Shown: positions 1-9,500 of the stretch, piece after piece
How positions within the stretch are numbered: the stretch's first letter is position 1
Layout: each line of letters begins with the position of its first letter
Origin: Rubripirellula sp.
GTDB lineage: Bacteria; Planctomycetota; Planctomycetia; Pirellulales; Pirellulaceae
Direction of reading: 5' to 3'
Assembly: GCA_965216875.1 (NCBI GenBank)
Contig: OZ244207.1
Span: 7,904,001 to 7,968,000, forward strand
Length of the DNA stretch: 64,000 bases
Made by a program: the position numbers and the translations under genes
The notes under the pieces: model-generated
Told to the model about the DNA's origin: nothing
The model's input: only the letters and a program-made list of their open reading frames with translations
The model's database searches: none

Positions 1-1023
1 ACTGACAAGCCATGCGCCCGAGTAGATCAGGCCAATGCCGAGCGCCGCATAGACACTCATCGCAGCGCGTTTGGGACCGCTTTCCAGCAGGTGTCTGCCG
101 ACGAGCACCGATGCCGCGATGGAGACACCGACCAGCGGAATGAAAGCGACCATGTTGAAGTTGATCGCCATGGTTGTCGCCCGGAGGGGAATGTCACCGA
201 GGCGGCCAATGCGCAACACGATGACGGAGAACCCGCCCGATTCGGTCAGGTACATCAAGCCGGTCGGGAAGCCAAAGAAGAAGAGCTTGCCCAGCAGGGA
301 ACGGTCAAAGCTCAATCCCTCCCAGACATGGTAGCGCTGGTCATGTTTGGGCCGCAGGATCAACGCACCGTAGCAAACCACTTTGAACCAAAACGACACA
401 GCGCTGCCGATGGCGGCGCCAACAATGCCAAGTGCGGGGATGGGACCGAGGCCAAAGATGAGTGTGAGGTCGAGAACAAGGTTGAGCAGCCCTGAGGCGA
501 TCGATGTCCACATGATCACGCCGGTCCGTTCGGTTCCGCTAAAGAAACCACTCAACGCCGTTTCGAGCACCACACCGGTTGCCCCCAGGATCATCAGGTA
601 GCTCATGTAGGACGCTTCCAGTGGCACCAGCGACTCGGGTTGGCCAAACGTCCTAAAAATGTTCGTGGCGAACATGGCGGCCGTGACGAATAGTGGAGTT
701 GCCAACAGAGACAACCAGACGGCTTGCCAAAGGAAGCGGCCGATCCGGTTTTCTTCTCCAGCGCCGACGTATTGGCTGATGATCGCTCCGGTCATCGAGG
801 CGATGCCGACGGGAAGGCAGACGAGCACCCAAAACATGTTGCCGCCGGCCATGGCGGCACTCATCGATGCGCCGTCAAATCGCAGCAATAGCGTTCGATC
901 AACAAACAACACGAGCGAAAACGTGCCGGCGCTGACCATCAACGGCAACGCAACGCGAACCACCTCCGCAGCGGCCTCGAACATCGTCTCTTTCGATTGC
1001 GCTTCAGCCGTGGCGGAATTCAT
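1..1023 (-). CDS. MATE family efflux transporter (3' end outside window)
   Basis: Not in the ORF track; translated by hand from the ATG at 1023: MNSATAEAQSKETMFEAAAEVVRVALPLMVSAGTFSLVLFVDRTLL...ISQYVGAG...LNLVLDLTLIFGLGPIPALGIVGAAIGS. These are typical MATE motifs. Frame stays open to the window edge. Confidence 0.88.
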   Translation of the reverse strand, partial: MNSATAEAQSKETMFEAAAEVVRVALPLMVSAGTFSLVLFVDRTLLLRFDGASMSAAMAGGNMFWVLVCLPVGIASMTGAIISQYVGAGEENRIGRFLWQAVWLSLLATPLFVTAAMFATNIFRTFGQPESLVPLEASYMSYLMILGATGVVLETALSGFFSGTERTGVIMWTSIASGLLNLVLDLTLIFGLGPIPALGIVGAAIGSAVSFWFKVVCYGALILRPKHDQRYHVWEGLSFDRSLLGKLFFFGFPTGLMYLTESGGFSVIVLRIGRLGDIPLRATTMAINFNMVAFIPLVGVSIAASVLVGRHLLESGPKRAAMSVYAALGIGLIYSGAWLVS

Positions 1024-1111
1024 TGTGCGGGCCAGCTGGCGAAAAGAGGACGGGGTGGGATCGAGTCACGACGTTGGACCGAAGCGACCAACCACAGGTT
1101 CACCCCTTTCC

Positions 1112-2068
1112 CTAGATTTTTCTGGGCAGCGATCGCGCGACCGCCATCCCGGCCAACAGACCGCCGATGTGGGCTCCGTTGGCCACCGAACCCATCGTCA
1201 TGCAGAGGAACAACCAGCCAATCATGATCACCACGTTCGAACTGGACAATCGAACCGGATACTCAGGTTTGGCGAAGGGACGAATCCAGATAAACCCAAA
1301 CAGTCCATACACGGCCCCCGAAGCTCCGATGGCAAACGGAGATCCTTGCAAAGGTTCCGGTAAGAAATCCATGCCCGTCGTCCCGACCTGCAACGCCATC
1401 CCGGCGATCTGCGTTCCCAGGGTGAGGATGAGAAAAAAGAGCGACCCATGGAGGCGTTCGAGTAGCGAACCCAGCATGAACACCCAAATCATGTTGAAGA
1501 GTAGGTGTAGTGGATTCACGTGCATGAACATCGGCGTAACGAGTCGCCATACCTCGCCTTTGCGAAGCGATGCGTAGGGGTCGCCAGCGACAAGAAACTC
1601 GGTAACGTCCACGAACGAAAGTTTTTGGTAAACCGTTTGTTGAAGCTGCGTCCGATTCCTTGCTTCGCCAAAATTGGTCGTGAAGCTGCAGATGACTGAG
1701 ATCGCGATGATTCCGATCGTGATGGGAATCGATTGCTGCTTTGCTCCCACGCCAAGACCAGGTCCGTACGATCGCGTTGGGGCCGACTGCACCAGTTTCT
1801 CTTGTTGGGCTCGGCGACGTTTTAGTTCGGCTTCTTTCTCTTTGCGGATCTGTTCGGCTTGCGAGCGGACTTCGTACTGTGCGTCGTTCGGATTGGACGA
1901 AAACGACTCGAATGCTTGCTTGGCATTGTCAACGTCCCGCTCATCTCGGATCCAAACGTCCCACAATCCATCATCGCCCTCACTGGTCGACGCATCGATC
2001 GACCGGGTGATCAGGTAGTCGGTAAAACGCTCAGCTGCAGCTTGTTCCAGGGAGCCGATTCGGCGCAT
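1112..2068 (-). CDS. Rhomboid family intramembrane serine protease (GlpG-like, soluble N-terminal domain)
   Basis: WRLVTPMFMH, HLLFNMIW, catalytic GASG and ANGAHIGG motifs. Confidence 0.92.
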   Translation of the reverse strand: MRRIGSLEQAAAERFTDYLITRSIDASTSEGDDGLWDVWIRDERDVDNAKQAFESFSSNPNDAQYEVRSQAEQIRKEKEAELKRRRAQQEKLVQSAPTRSYGPGLGVGAKQQSIPITIGIIAISVICSFTTNFGEARNRTQLQQTVYQKLSFVDVTEFLVAGDPYASLRKGEVWRLVTPMFMHVNPLHLLFNMIWVFMLGSLLERLHGSLFFLILTLGTQIAGMALQVGTTGMDFLPEPLQGSPFAIGASGAVYGLFGFIWIRPFAKPEYPVRLSSSNVVIMIGWLFLCMTMGSVANGAHIGGLLAGMAVARSLPRKI

Positions 2069-2509
2069 TGAGTTTTCTCAGTTGGCGGCAGCCTGGGTTG
2101 CGCGGGTCGCAGCCGGGGCTGTGCGCAATCCATTGAGGGCTGCCCTTGGTTGCAGTCAGGGCTGCGCGGGCGAAAAAAGGAGCCCAATGTTGTACGTTGG
2201 TGGGTCCAGTTCCGCACGCCCAGGATCGCGGTTTCGTCCGCTGAATCGCCGCGGATGTCCATCGAACCGCATCGCGTGTTGGACAACCGAGGGGGCAACG
2301 TGGCACGAGATATCCCCGAAATCCCGCAAAATCGGGGGCGATATTCGCCCATGTCGAGGCTTCGGGAAACGACTGATTGCTTGAGCCTTGCCGCAAAGTG
2401 ATCGGGATGAATAATATGGTACTGGTCGAAGTGGCCCGCCCACCACGACCTCCCACCCACAAGTACGATTCCCAACACACTCGTCACCGACGAAAAGGTT
2501 GATTCTACG

Positions 2510-2842
2510 ATGGCAGTGAAACTGACCGAACGAGCCGCTGAGGAAGTCAAGCGGTACCAAAAAGAGCACAATTTTGACGAAAAAGTCGTGTTGCGAATCG
2601 GCGTCGCCGGAGGCGGATGCAGTGGCTTCAACTACACGCTGAACTTCGACGAAAGCTTTGACGAAACCGTCGACAGCAAGTACGAATGCCACGGCGTTGC
2701 CGTTGTGGTCGACAAGAAGAGTGCCCTCTACCTCGACGGCACGACCGTCGATTGGTTTGAAAGCCTCGAAAAACAAGGCTTCACCTTTGAGAATCCAAAC
2801 GCAGTGAAAACTTGCGGCTGCGGAAGCTCTTTCCAAGCATAG
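2510..2842 (+). CDS. iscA: HesB/IscA family Fe-S cluster assembly accessory protein
   Basis: GGGCSGFNY and C-terminal [14 protein letters not shown]. Confidence 0.93.
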   Translation: MAVKLTERAAEEVKRYQKEHNFDEKVVLRIGVAGGGCSGFNYTLNFDESFDETVDSKYECHGVAVVVDKKSALYLDGTTVDWFESLEKQGFTFENPNAVKTCGCGSSFQA

Positions 2843-2881
2843 GTCCCCGATCGGGACGTCTTGAAGAATACGAATTTGCTG

Positions 2882-2916
2882 AGCCGGATCGACCGTGGTC
2901 GATCCGGCTTTTTTTG
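2882..2916 (+). terminator. Rho-independent terminator of iscA
   Basis: AGCCGGATCGAC-cgtg-GTCGATCCGGCT perfect 12-bp stem followed by a T run. Confidence 0.9.
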
Positions 2917-3205
2917 TTGTGAGCCGCTGGCCGTCAGGCCTCGGGCCTTTGCGGCGCGCGAGAAGATTCCGGCTACTGCTCGAACTACCAACGGGCTTTG
3001 ACTCAATCATCGCGGCACAGCAAAACCAACCAGAGTGTGATCGGTTGCGATTGGGACGGGCCGCGGAGCGGCGAAATGGGTGTCGCCACGTGGACCGAGG
3101 CAACAAGGGGATTGAAAACCGTGACGGCAATGCCCCTTCCGCGCCGATCGGCTGGGAAGTATAGAATCGTGCCGCCGAGCTTCTTTCGTTGATTCGCAGC
3201 TTTCG

Positions 3206-5173
3206 GTGGAACAATCCCGATACCTTACTGCCCCGGTTGGAACGCCATTGAGCATCGCTGAACGAAAAGTCAACGTCACGGACCTGTATGGTGTCGACCG
3301 CTGGGGCGACGGCTACTTTTACGTTGGCCCCAGTGGCACGTTGCATGTTTCGCCGCAGCGCGACGATGGGCCGAGCATCGACCTGAGTGAATTGGTCGAT
3401 CAACTTCACCAACGTGGACTGAGTCTGCCCGTGTTGGTGCGGTTCAATGGCATCCTTCAGAATCGACTCAAGCGGCTCAATGATTGCTTCGATCGGGCGA
3501 TCAAGGATCACGAATACAAGAACGACTACCGATGCGTTTACCCCATCAAGGTGAACCAGCAAAGTGAAGTGGTTGAGCAGTTGGTCTCACACGGTCGAAA
3601 GTATGGCTTTGGTGTCGAGGCTGGCAGCAAGCCCGAGTTGTTGGCCGTGATCGCAATGACCGACAACGAAACGCCGATCGTTTGCAATGGGTTCAAAGAC
3701 AATGACTTTGTGCGGCTCGCATTGCAGGCGCAAAAGATCGGTCGAGACATCACGCTCGTGGTCGAAAAAGCGAGCGAGCTTGACTTGATTCTCAAGCACG
3801 CCGAAACGTTACAGGTGCGCCCTTCAATTGGGATTCGCGTGAAGCTTGCGACGCGTGGTTCGGGCCGGTGGCAGGCCAGTGGCGGGTACCGAAGTAAGTT
3901 CGGGTTGACGGTCGCCGAAGTCCTGCACCAATTACAAAGGCTCGAGGAATTGGGGCTGGCCGATTGTTTTCGGTTACTTCATTTTCACGTTGGCAGTCAA
4001 ATCACCAACATCCGGCAGCTCAAGTCAGCCATCCTGGAAGCCGCCCGCATCTACGCCGACCTCCATCGCCGCGGTGCCGGGTTGGACGTGTTTGACGTCG
4101 GCGGCGGCCTTGGGGTCGACTATGACGGTTCGAGCAGCACGGGGCACTCGAGCACCAACTACACGATGCAGGAATATGCCAACGATGTTGTCTATTTGGT
4201 GCAAACGGTCTGTGACGATGCCGACGTGCCGCATCCCCGGCTCGTTTCCGAAAGTGGACGCGCCGTCGCCGCGCATCACAGTGTGCTGATCGTCGAAACG
4301 TTGGGCGTGACCGCGCAAGGAAACGTACAACAGCTGCCCGAATCGATTCCCGAAAACTACGAACAACCGGTCCACGATCTATGGTCGACCTATCATGATT
4401 TAAGCGAAGCGAATTTGCGCGAGTCGTTTCATGATGCGCAAAACTCGCTCGACTTGGCGATGAATCTTTTCAGCGGCGGCTACCTGCCGCTGCAGCAACG
4501 GGCCGTTGCCGAGAACCTTTACTTCGCAATCTGTCACCGAGTACGCAAGCTTGCCGATCAGCTTGATGAGTTTCCAGGTGAACTCAAACACCTCGATCGA
4601 ATGCTCTCGGACATTTACTTCGTCAACTTTTCGCTGTTTCAGTCGATGCCCGACTCGTGGGCGATCGGTCAAATGTTCCCGGTAATGCCCATTCATCGAC
4701 TTGATGAAACCCCAACGCGGCATGCGGTGTTAGGAGACATCACGTGTGATAGCGATGGTCACATTGAACAGTTCACTCGAGACGGCAAGTGTTGCAACAC
4801 CATGTTGCTGCATCCGCTGCGCGAGAATGAACCGTATCGGCTTGGACTCTTTTTGGTCGGCGCTTACCAAGAGATCCTCGGCGACTTGCACAATCTGTAT
4901 GGTGACACACATGCGGTGCATGTCGAACTCGACGGCGATCAGGTCTCGATTCAATCCGTCGTGAAGGGCGACTGTGTCTCGGAAGTGCTTGGCTATGTCC
5001 AGTACGACGATCGACGTTTGATCAAGAATTGGCTCGACTCGGTGGAAGTCGCCGTTCGGCAGGGACGGATATCGCACAGTGAAGCTGGGCAAGCCATTCG
5101 CTGTTACGAAGAGGCGCTCAATGGATACACCTATCTCACCGCCGAACTAGAGAAAAAAGGCACTGTTAAGTAA
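3206..5173 (+). CDS. speA: Biosynthetic arginine decarboxylase
   Basis: YPIKVNQ (PLP lysine), EAGSKPEL, HFHVGSQI, DVGGGLGVDYDG, ESGRA, DITCDSDG, GAYQEILG. Confidence 0.96.
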   Translation: MEQSRYLTAPVGTPLSIAERKVNVTDLYGVDRWGDGYFYVGPSGTLHVSPQRDDGPSIDLSELVDQLHQRGLSLPVLVRFNGILQNRLKRLNDCFDRAIKDHEYKNDYRCVYPIKVNQQSEVVEQLVSHGRKYGFGVEAGSKPELLAVIAMTDNETPIVCNGFKDNDFVRLALQAQKIGRDITLVVEKASELDLILKHAETLQVRPSIGIRVKLATRGSGRWQASGGYRSKFGLTVAEVLHQLQRLEELGLADCFRLLHFHVGSQITNIRQLKSAILEAARIYADLHRRGAGLDVFDVGGGLGVDYDGSSSTGHSSTNYTMQEYANDVVYLVQTVCDDADVPHPRLVSESGRAVAAHHSVLIVETLGVTAQGNVQQLPESIPENYEQPVHDLWSTYHDLSEANLRESFHDAQNSLDLAMNLFSGGYLPLQQRAVAENLYFAICHRVRKLADQLDEFPGELKHLDRMLSDIYFVNFSLFQSMPDSWAIGQMFPVMPIHRLDETPTRHAVLGDITCDSDGHIEQFTRDGKCCNTMLLHPLRENEPYRLGLFLVGAYQEILGDLHNLYGDTHAVHVELDGDQVSIQSVVKGDCVSEVLGYVQYDDRRLIKNWLDSVEVAVRQGRISHSEAGQAIRCYEEALNGYTYLTAELEKKGTVK

Positions 5174-5557
5174 ATTTCGGATAACCGCATTTTTAGGGGG
5201 ATAGGTGCCAAAATGCGGTGAAACCAATGGATGAGGGCAATGAGGCAGCGCCAATCACCACTTGATAGCTGGCAATCGTAAAACGCTAGCAAATGATTGC
5301 TCTTTACGCTTTTCGGCGTGAAACTCAGAATCGCTCTCGTTCAAGTGGTGTGTGGGCCTCCCGCTGAAGCGTCATGCGGTTTATCGCAATTGACATCAGC
5401 AAGTGGCCCACTGCGTCCCTTGGAAAACAGCAACCTGATTCACAACTTGTCCCGCTTCGATGGCTGTCATCCAGGGCGCCATGACTTGATCGGCCTCAAG
5501 TAGGAGGTTCCACCATTAGGCGGGGGCTGAGTTGTCGATTTCTGCAAGGAGTGTGTG

Positions 5558-6343
5558 ATGTTGGTTTTGTCACGTCGCGAGTCGGACAAGGTACTGTTTC
5601 CCAGTTTGGGCATCTCGGTTGAGGTGCTTCGGATCCAGGGCAACAAAACAAGGCTAGGGATTTCAGCGCCGGATGATGTCCCGATTCTTCGGCATGAAAT
5701 AGCTGGGCTAAAGGACATTGAGTTTGCCCCGGGCGAAGGTTCTCAGGCTGACCGGCTACGGCACCTTGTTCACAGTATGCGTGGGCATTTGGACGCGACG
5801 GCAACGCAGCTGAACCAGTTGCATACGTCGCTCGATCAATCGGGCAACGATTCAGCCCAAACGATCATCGACCAATTGTTTGGCGAACTGCGGGCGCTCG
5901 AAAAAGAAGCACATCAAGTGCTCGAAGATTCGGGCAAGCAGTTCAACGTGACTCCGCAAGCGCTGTTGGTCGAGGATTCGGCTGCCGAACGCAAGCTGCT
6001 CGAAGCCTATTTGGACGTCAGTGGATTTGCCGTGACAACGGCAAAAGACGGGCGCGATGCGCTTGATTACCTTTCATTACATGCACCGCCAGACGTCGTC
6101 TTGCTCGACATGATGATGCCTCGCATGGATGGTGTCGAATTCGTCAAGAACGTACGCAGCGATCCCAAGCTCAAGCAATTGTCGATCTTTGCGTTGACAG
6201 GCTTGGAGCAGCACGAGCTTAGTCAGCTTGGGATTCCAACGGGACCAGAAGGTGTCAATCAGTGGTACACCAAACCGGTCGATCCCAAGTCGCTCGTTCA
6301 CGACGTTGCCGTTCACCTGACGAGTTTGGCGACCGTCGCCTGA
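5558..6343 (+). CDS. CsrA-like RNA-binding domain fused to a C-terminal response-regulator receiver
   Basis: N-term MLVLSRR..ISVEVLRIQGNKTRLGISAPDDVPILRHEI matches CsrA. C-term LLVED, VVLLDMMMP, LTG and TKP form an intact receiver. SD AAGGAG upstream. Confidence 0.88.
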   Translation: MLVLSRRESDKVLFPSLGISVEVLRIQGNKTRLGISAPDDVPILRHEIAGLKDIEFAPGEGSQADRLRHLVHSMRGHLDATATQLNQLHTSLDQSGNDSAQTIIDQLFGELRALEKEAHQVLEDSGKQFNVTPQALLVEDSAAERKLLEAYLDVSGFAVTTAKDGRDALDYLSLHAPPDVVLLDMMMPRMDGVEFVKNVRSDPKLKQLSIFALTGLEQHELSQLGIPTGPEGVNQWYTKPVDPKSLVHDVAVHLTSLATVA

Positions 6344-6362
6344 GTGATTTCGACCGATCGGA

Positions 6363-6583
6363 CGTAGCTATGCTCGCCAGAGCGTGGGGCTGGAAGAGAA
6401 CGTCCAGCCAACACATTCCACCTTCTGGCGAAGGTAGCTACGACGCGTTCGTCGTGAGCCCAGCGCGCTAGCGTCGGGCCTTGTCCTCTGTTGCGCGATC
6501 AAGGCCCGAGGCCTCACGGCCGGCGGCTCACGGGATTCCGCCTGAAGGCGGGACTACGAACGGTGACCACGGCCGGCGGCTCA
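6363..6583. repeat. Mosaic cluster of REP-like palindromes between convergent genes
   Basis: GTAGCTATGCTCGCCAGAGCGTGG with inverted CCACCTTCTGGCGAAGGTAGCTAC; GTGAGCCCAGCGCGCTAGCGTCGGGCC with inverted partner; TTCCGCCTGAAGGCGGGACTAC. Same motifs recur at ~49.3 kb and ~57.4 kb. Confidence 0.85.
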
Positions 6584-9500
6584 TGTTGCCGAAAGGCTGC
6601 CAAAGATCCTCACTTCGGCCAGAGCCAGCACATCATCGACGCCTGCCATTTGAATGCGCAAGTACCGACCAAGAGTGCCGATTGCGATTGATTCAACCGG
6701 ATCGGCCTCTTCGACTTGGTTGAAGGCCCAGATTCCTGGATCGTTGAGCGCGGCGTCAAGGTTTCCGCTACTCAGTGGATCCTCCGAAACGATGACCCAG
6801 AAATTGCTGAGCGGGAAGCTTGTTCCATCGGCCAAATGGATCTCAAGGGTGCTGAGATCGTAGACTTGGCCAAGGTCGATTTCCCAAAGGGGTGTTCGAG
6901 TTCGAACGGTTTGGGAGAAGGATGCATCGGCCGGGCTGGAGCTCGTATTGCCATCGACGGCGCGCGATGCGTACGCGCCTGATTCGGTGGTCGATTGGAA
7001 GGTGGGACGACCGAGCGCCAAGTTGCCATCCGTCGGCGCGGTTGCAAGCACGTCGATCTCGACTTCGCGCGTGCTGGTTCCACCACGGTCATCCACGACG
7101 ACAAGCGTGGTCGTATTGCGACCGACCGTGACGTAGGCGTGCGATGCGGTCGCTCCACTCGCGTCGATGATCCCGTCCGATTCGAAGTCCCAGAAGAACG
7201 CGAGGGGATCGCCGTCAGGGTCGGACGAGGCGGTCGCATCGAGGGTCACCAGTTTTGGCGTTGGCCCCGCGGTCGATGACGCTGACGCGAACGCGATGGG
7301 GTTGGTGTTGCCCGATCCTTGGGAAGTGTAAACAAGCCGTTCGAGCTTGCCTGTGATCAACGACAACGTCCAAAGGCTTCCGTCGGGGCCGATTTGAATG
7401 TCAACAACTCCCGGGAAGGCGCCAAGGTCGCCGAAAGGTTGGTAGTTCCCTTGCGAATCGGCCGAATAAACGATGCCTTGGTTGAAGTTCCCGAAGAAGT
7501 AGCGTCCGTTGTAGATTTCGGGATAGATCGCCCCGTCGCCACGCCAAACCGTTCCTCCAACGATGGCATCGCCGCCACCAACATCGGTGTGAGGCAAGGC
7601 AATGAAAGCTGACTCATAAACGAAGTTTTGCGGAACCGTTCCATAGGGAGTTCGGTTTGTGTCTTCGTAGTAGGGCCAGCCGTAGTTAAGAACCGTCGAG
7701 CCATCGGCTCGCATGACATTGATTTCTTCGGGGCCACTATCGGTGACTTCGCCCATGTAGACATCACCGGTGGCGCGGTCGACACTCATCTTCCAAGAGT
7801 TGCGTAGCCCGACGGCCCAAACACGTGAGGCGATGCTTGATGGATCGCTGACATCGTAGAACGGGTTCTCGGGAATTCCCTCGAAGGTTTCACGATTGAT
7901 TCGGAACAGTTTTCCTTGTCGCGAGGTTGGGTCTTGCGTCGCAAGGCGAAGGTTTGGGTCAAAGCCGCCATCACCCCACGTGTAAATCAGGTTCCCCGCA
8001 TTGTCAAAGTCGATGTCGCCCACCGCATGAGTTGCGTGAGACATCTGATGGCCATCTTGAATGACAACCCGTGTCGTGGGATCAGCCACGTTGGGATCGG
8101 CCGCCGAGGCGCTGATGCGAATCAATTGTCCAGCCGCAGCCGTGTTGAAGTCTTCTTCGTCGGGGTTGGTCGGATTGAGTTCGACTGCGTATTGAACGTA
8201 AACGTGTCCGTTGGTGGCAAAGTCGGGGTCGATTGCAATGCCCATCATGCCACGATCAAAGAAGGAGTTGACTTCTTCGTTGATGTCAAGGAAGGGTGTC
8301 GCAAGCAATTGGCCGTTTTCAATGACCCGAATCACACCTGCCTTTTCGACAACAAAGATTCGTCCATCGGGCGCTGCGGCAAAGGCGACCGGTTGGTTCA
8401 GACCTTGGGCGATGGTTTCGGTGGTGAAGCCGGAACCGTTGGGGATCGTTGGTCCATCAGCCAGCGGGTTGCCAATTTCGATGATGCCGAAGTGCGTCTC
8501 GGCAGAACCCACATTGGTCCATTTCAGCTCGCCACCATCATTCATGGTGACAAAGTCGTTGCCGGGGTCGCCGGGGTTGTCGGTCGCCCAATTGGTGTAG
8601 GTCGCAGGTTGACCACTGACCCATTGAAACAGGTCGGTACCCGCCGGATCGCGAAGCCCGATCCAATAGGGTGATGTCGTTCCGAACGTGGTTTGCAACC
8701 ATGTTTCTTCAGCGGCATCGTTGATGGTGACAAGGTTTCCGCCCACGGCTTCGGCTGCCGTTTGTGCATCGGACCACGATGACGACGAAGGTGTCAGCAG
8801 GTAGAGATGTCCGTTGTATTGAAAAACCGGACTGCCACCGAGTTTTGCCGGGTCATCATCGGAGAGGATACCAAGGGCGGATGCTTGATCGATCGATGCG
8901 CCGCCGGTTGGAGCGGACAGCGCGACCGTGAAGGACTCGGTTGGTTCGTCGACGTCGTCGCTGATGATCGCGACGTTGACCGTCTTGCTTAGCTCGCCAT
9001 CGGCGAAGGACACGAGTGTCGAAGTTGCTTGGTAGTCTTCACCAGCGATCGCTTCGCCATCGATCGTGTCGAATACGACAGTGACCGCACCATCGCTGCC
9101 GCCCGAGCGAGTGATGACGAACGAGACGGCGCTATCAGCCTCGGTGGCTACCGCAATTGGCGGCGAGACGGAGAGAACACCAGGGCTTGGCGGTTGGTCA
9201 TCGTCGATAATGTTGATTCGCGTGCTCGCCAATCCAAGCCTTGCACCGCCAGTGGGATCACTTAAGACCAGGATCAGCGATTCGTCACCTTCAAACAAAG
9301 CGTCAGGAAGGAGGTCGAGGGTGATCGATGCACTCATTTGGCCGTCGGCGAAACTGACCGTGCCTGTTGCAGAGACATAGTCTTCTCCGGGAGTCGCGGT
9401 TTCGGCGGTCGTTGCATAGGTCACCGCAACCGTGCCAACGTTTCCGGCACGGACGAGTTCGATTTGAACGGAGTTCTCATTCTCGCTAACCGATTCAACG

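Noticed and set aside
1112..2068. Rhomboid as the processing enzyme (rhombosortase) for the giant protein tail
   Set aside because: It is 19 kb away, GlpG-like with an N-terminal domain, and in a housekeeping context.
2920..3205. Possible riboswitch or ncRNA upstream of speA
   Set aside because: No recognisable conserved RNA motif by eye; an Rfam/Infernal scan would be needed.
2156..3562. 468-aa minus-strand ORF
   Set aside because: Overlaps iscA, its terminator and speA on the opposite strand; no motifs.
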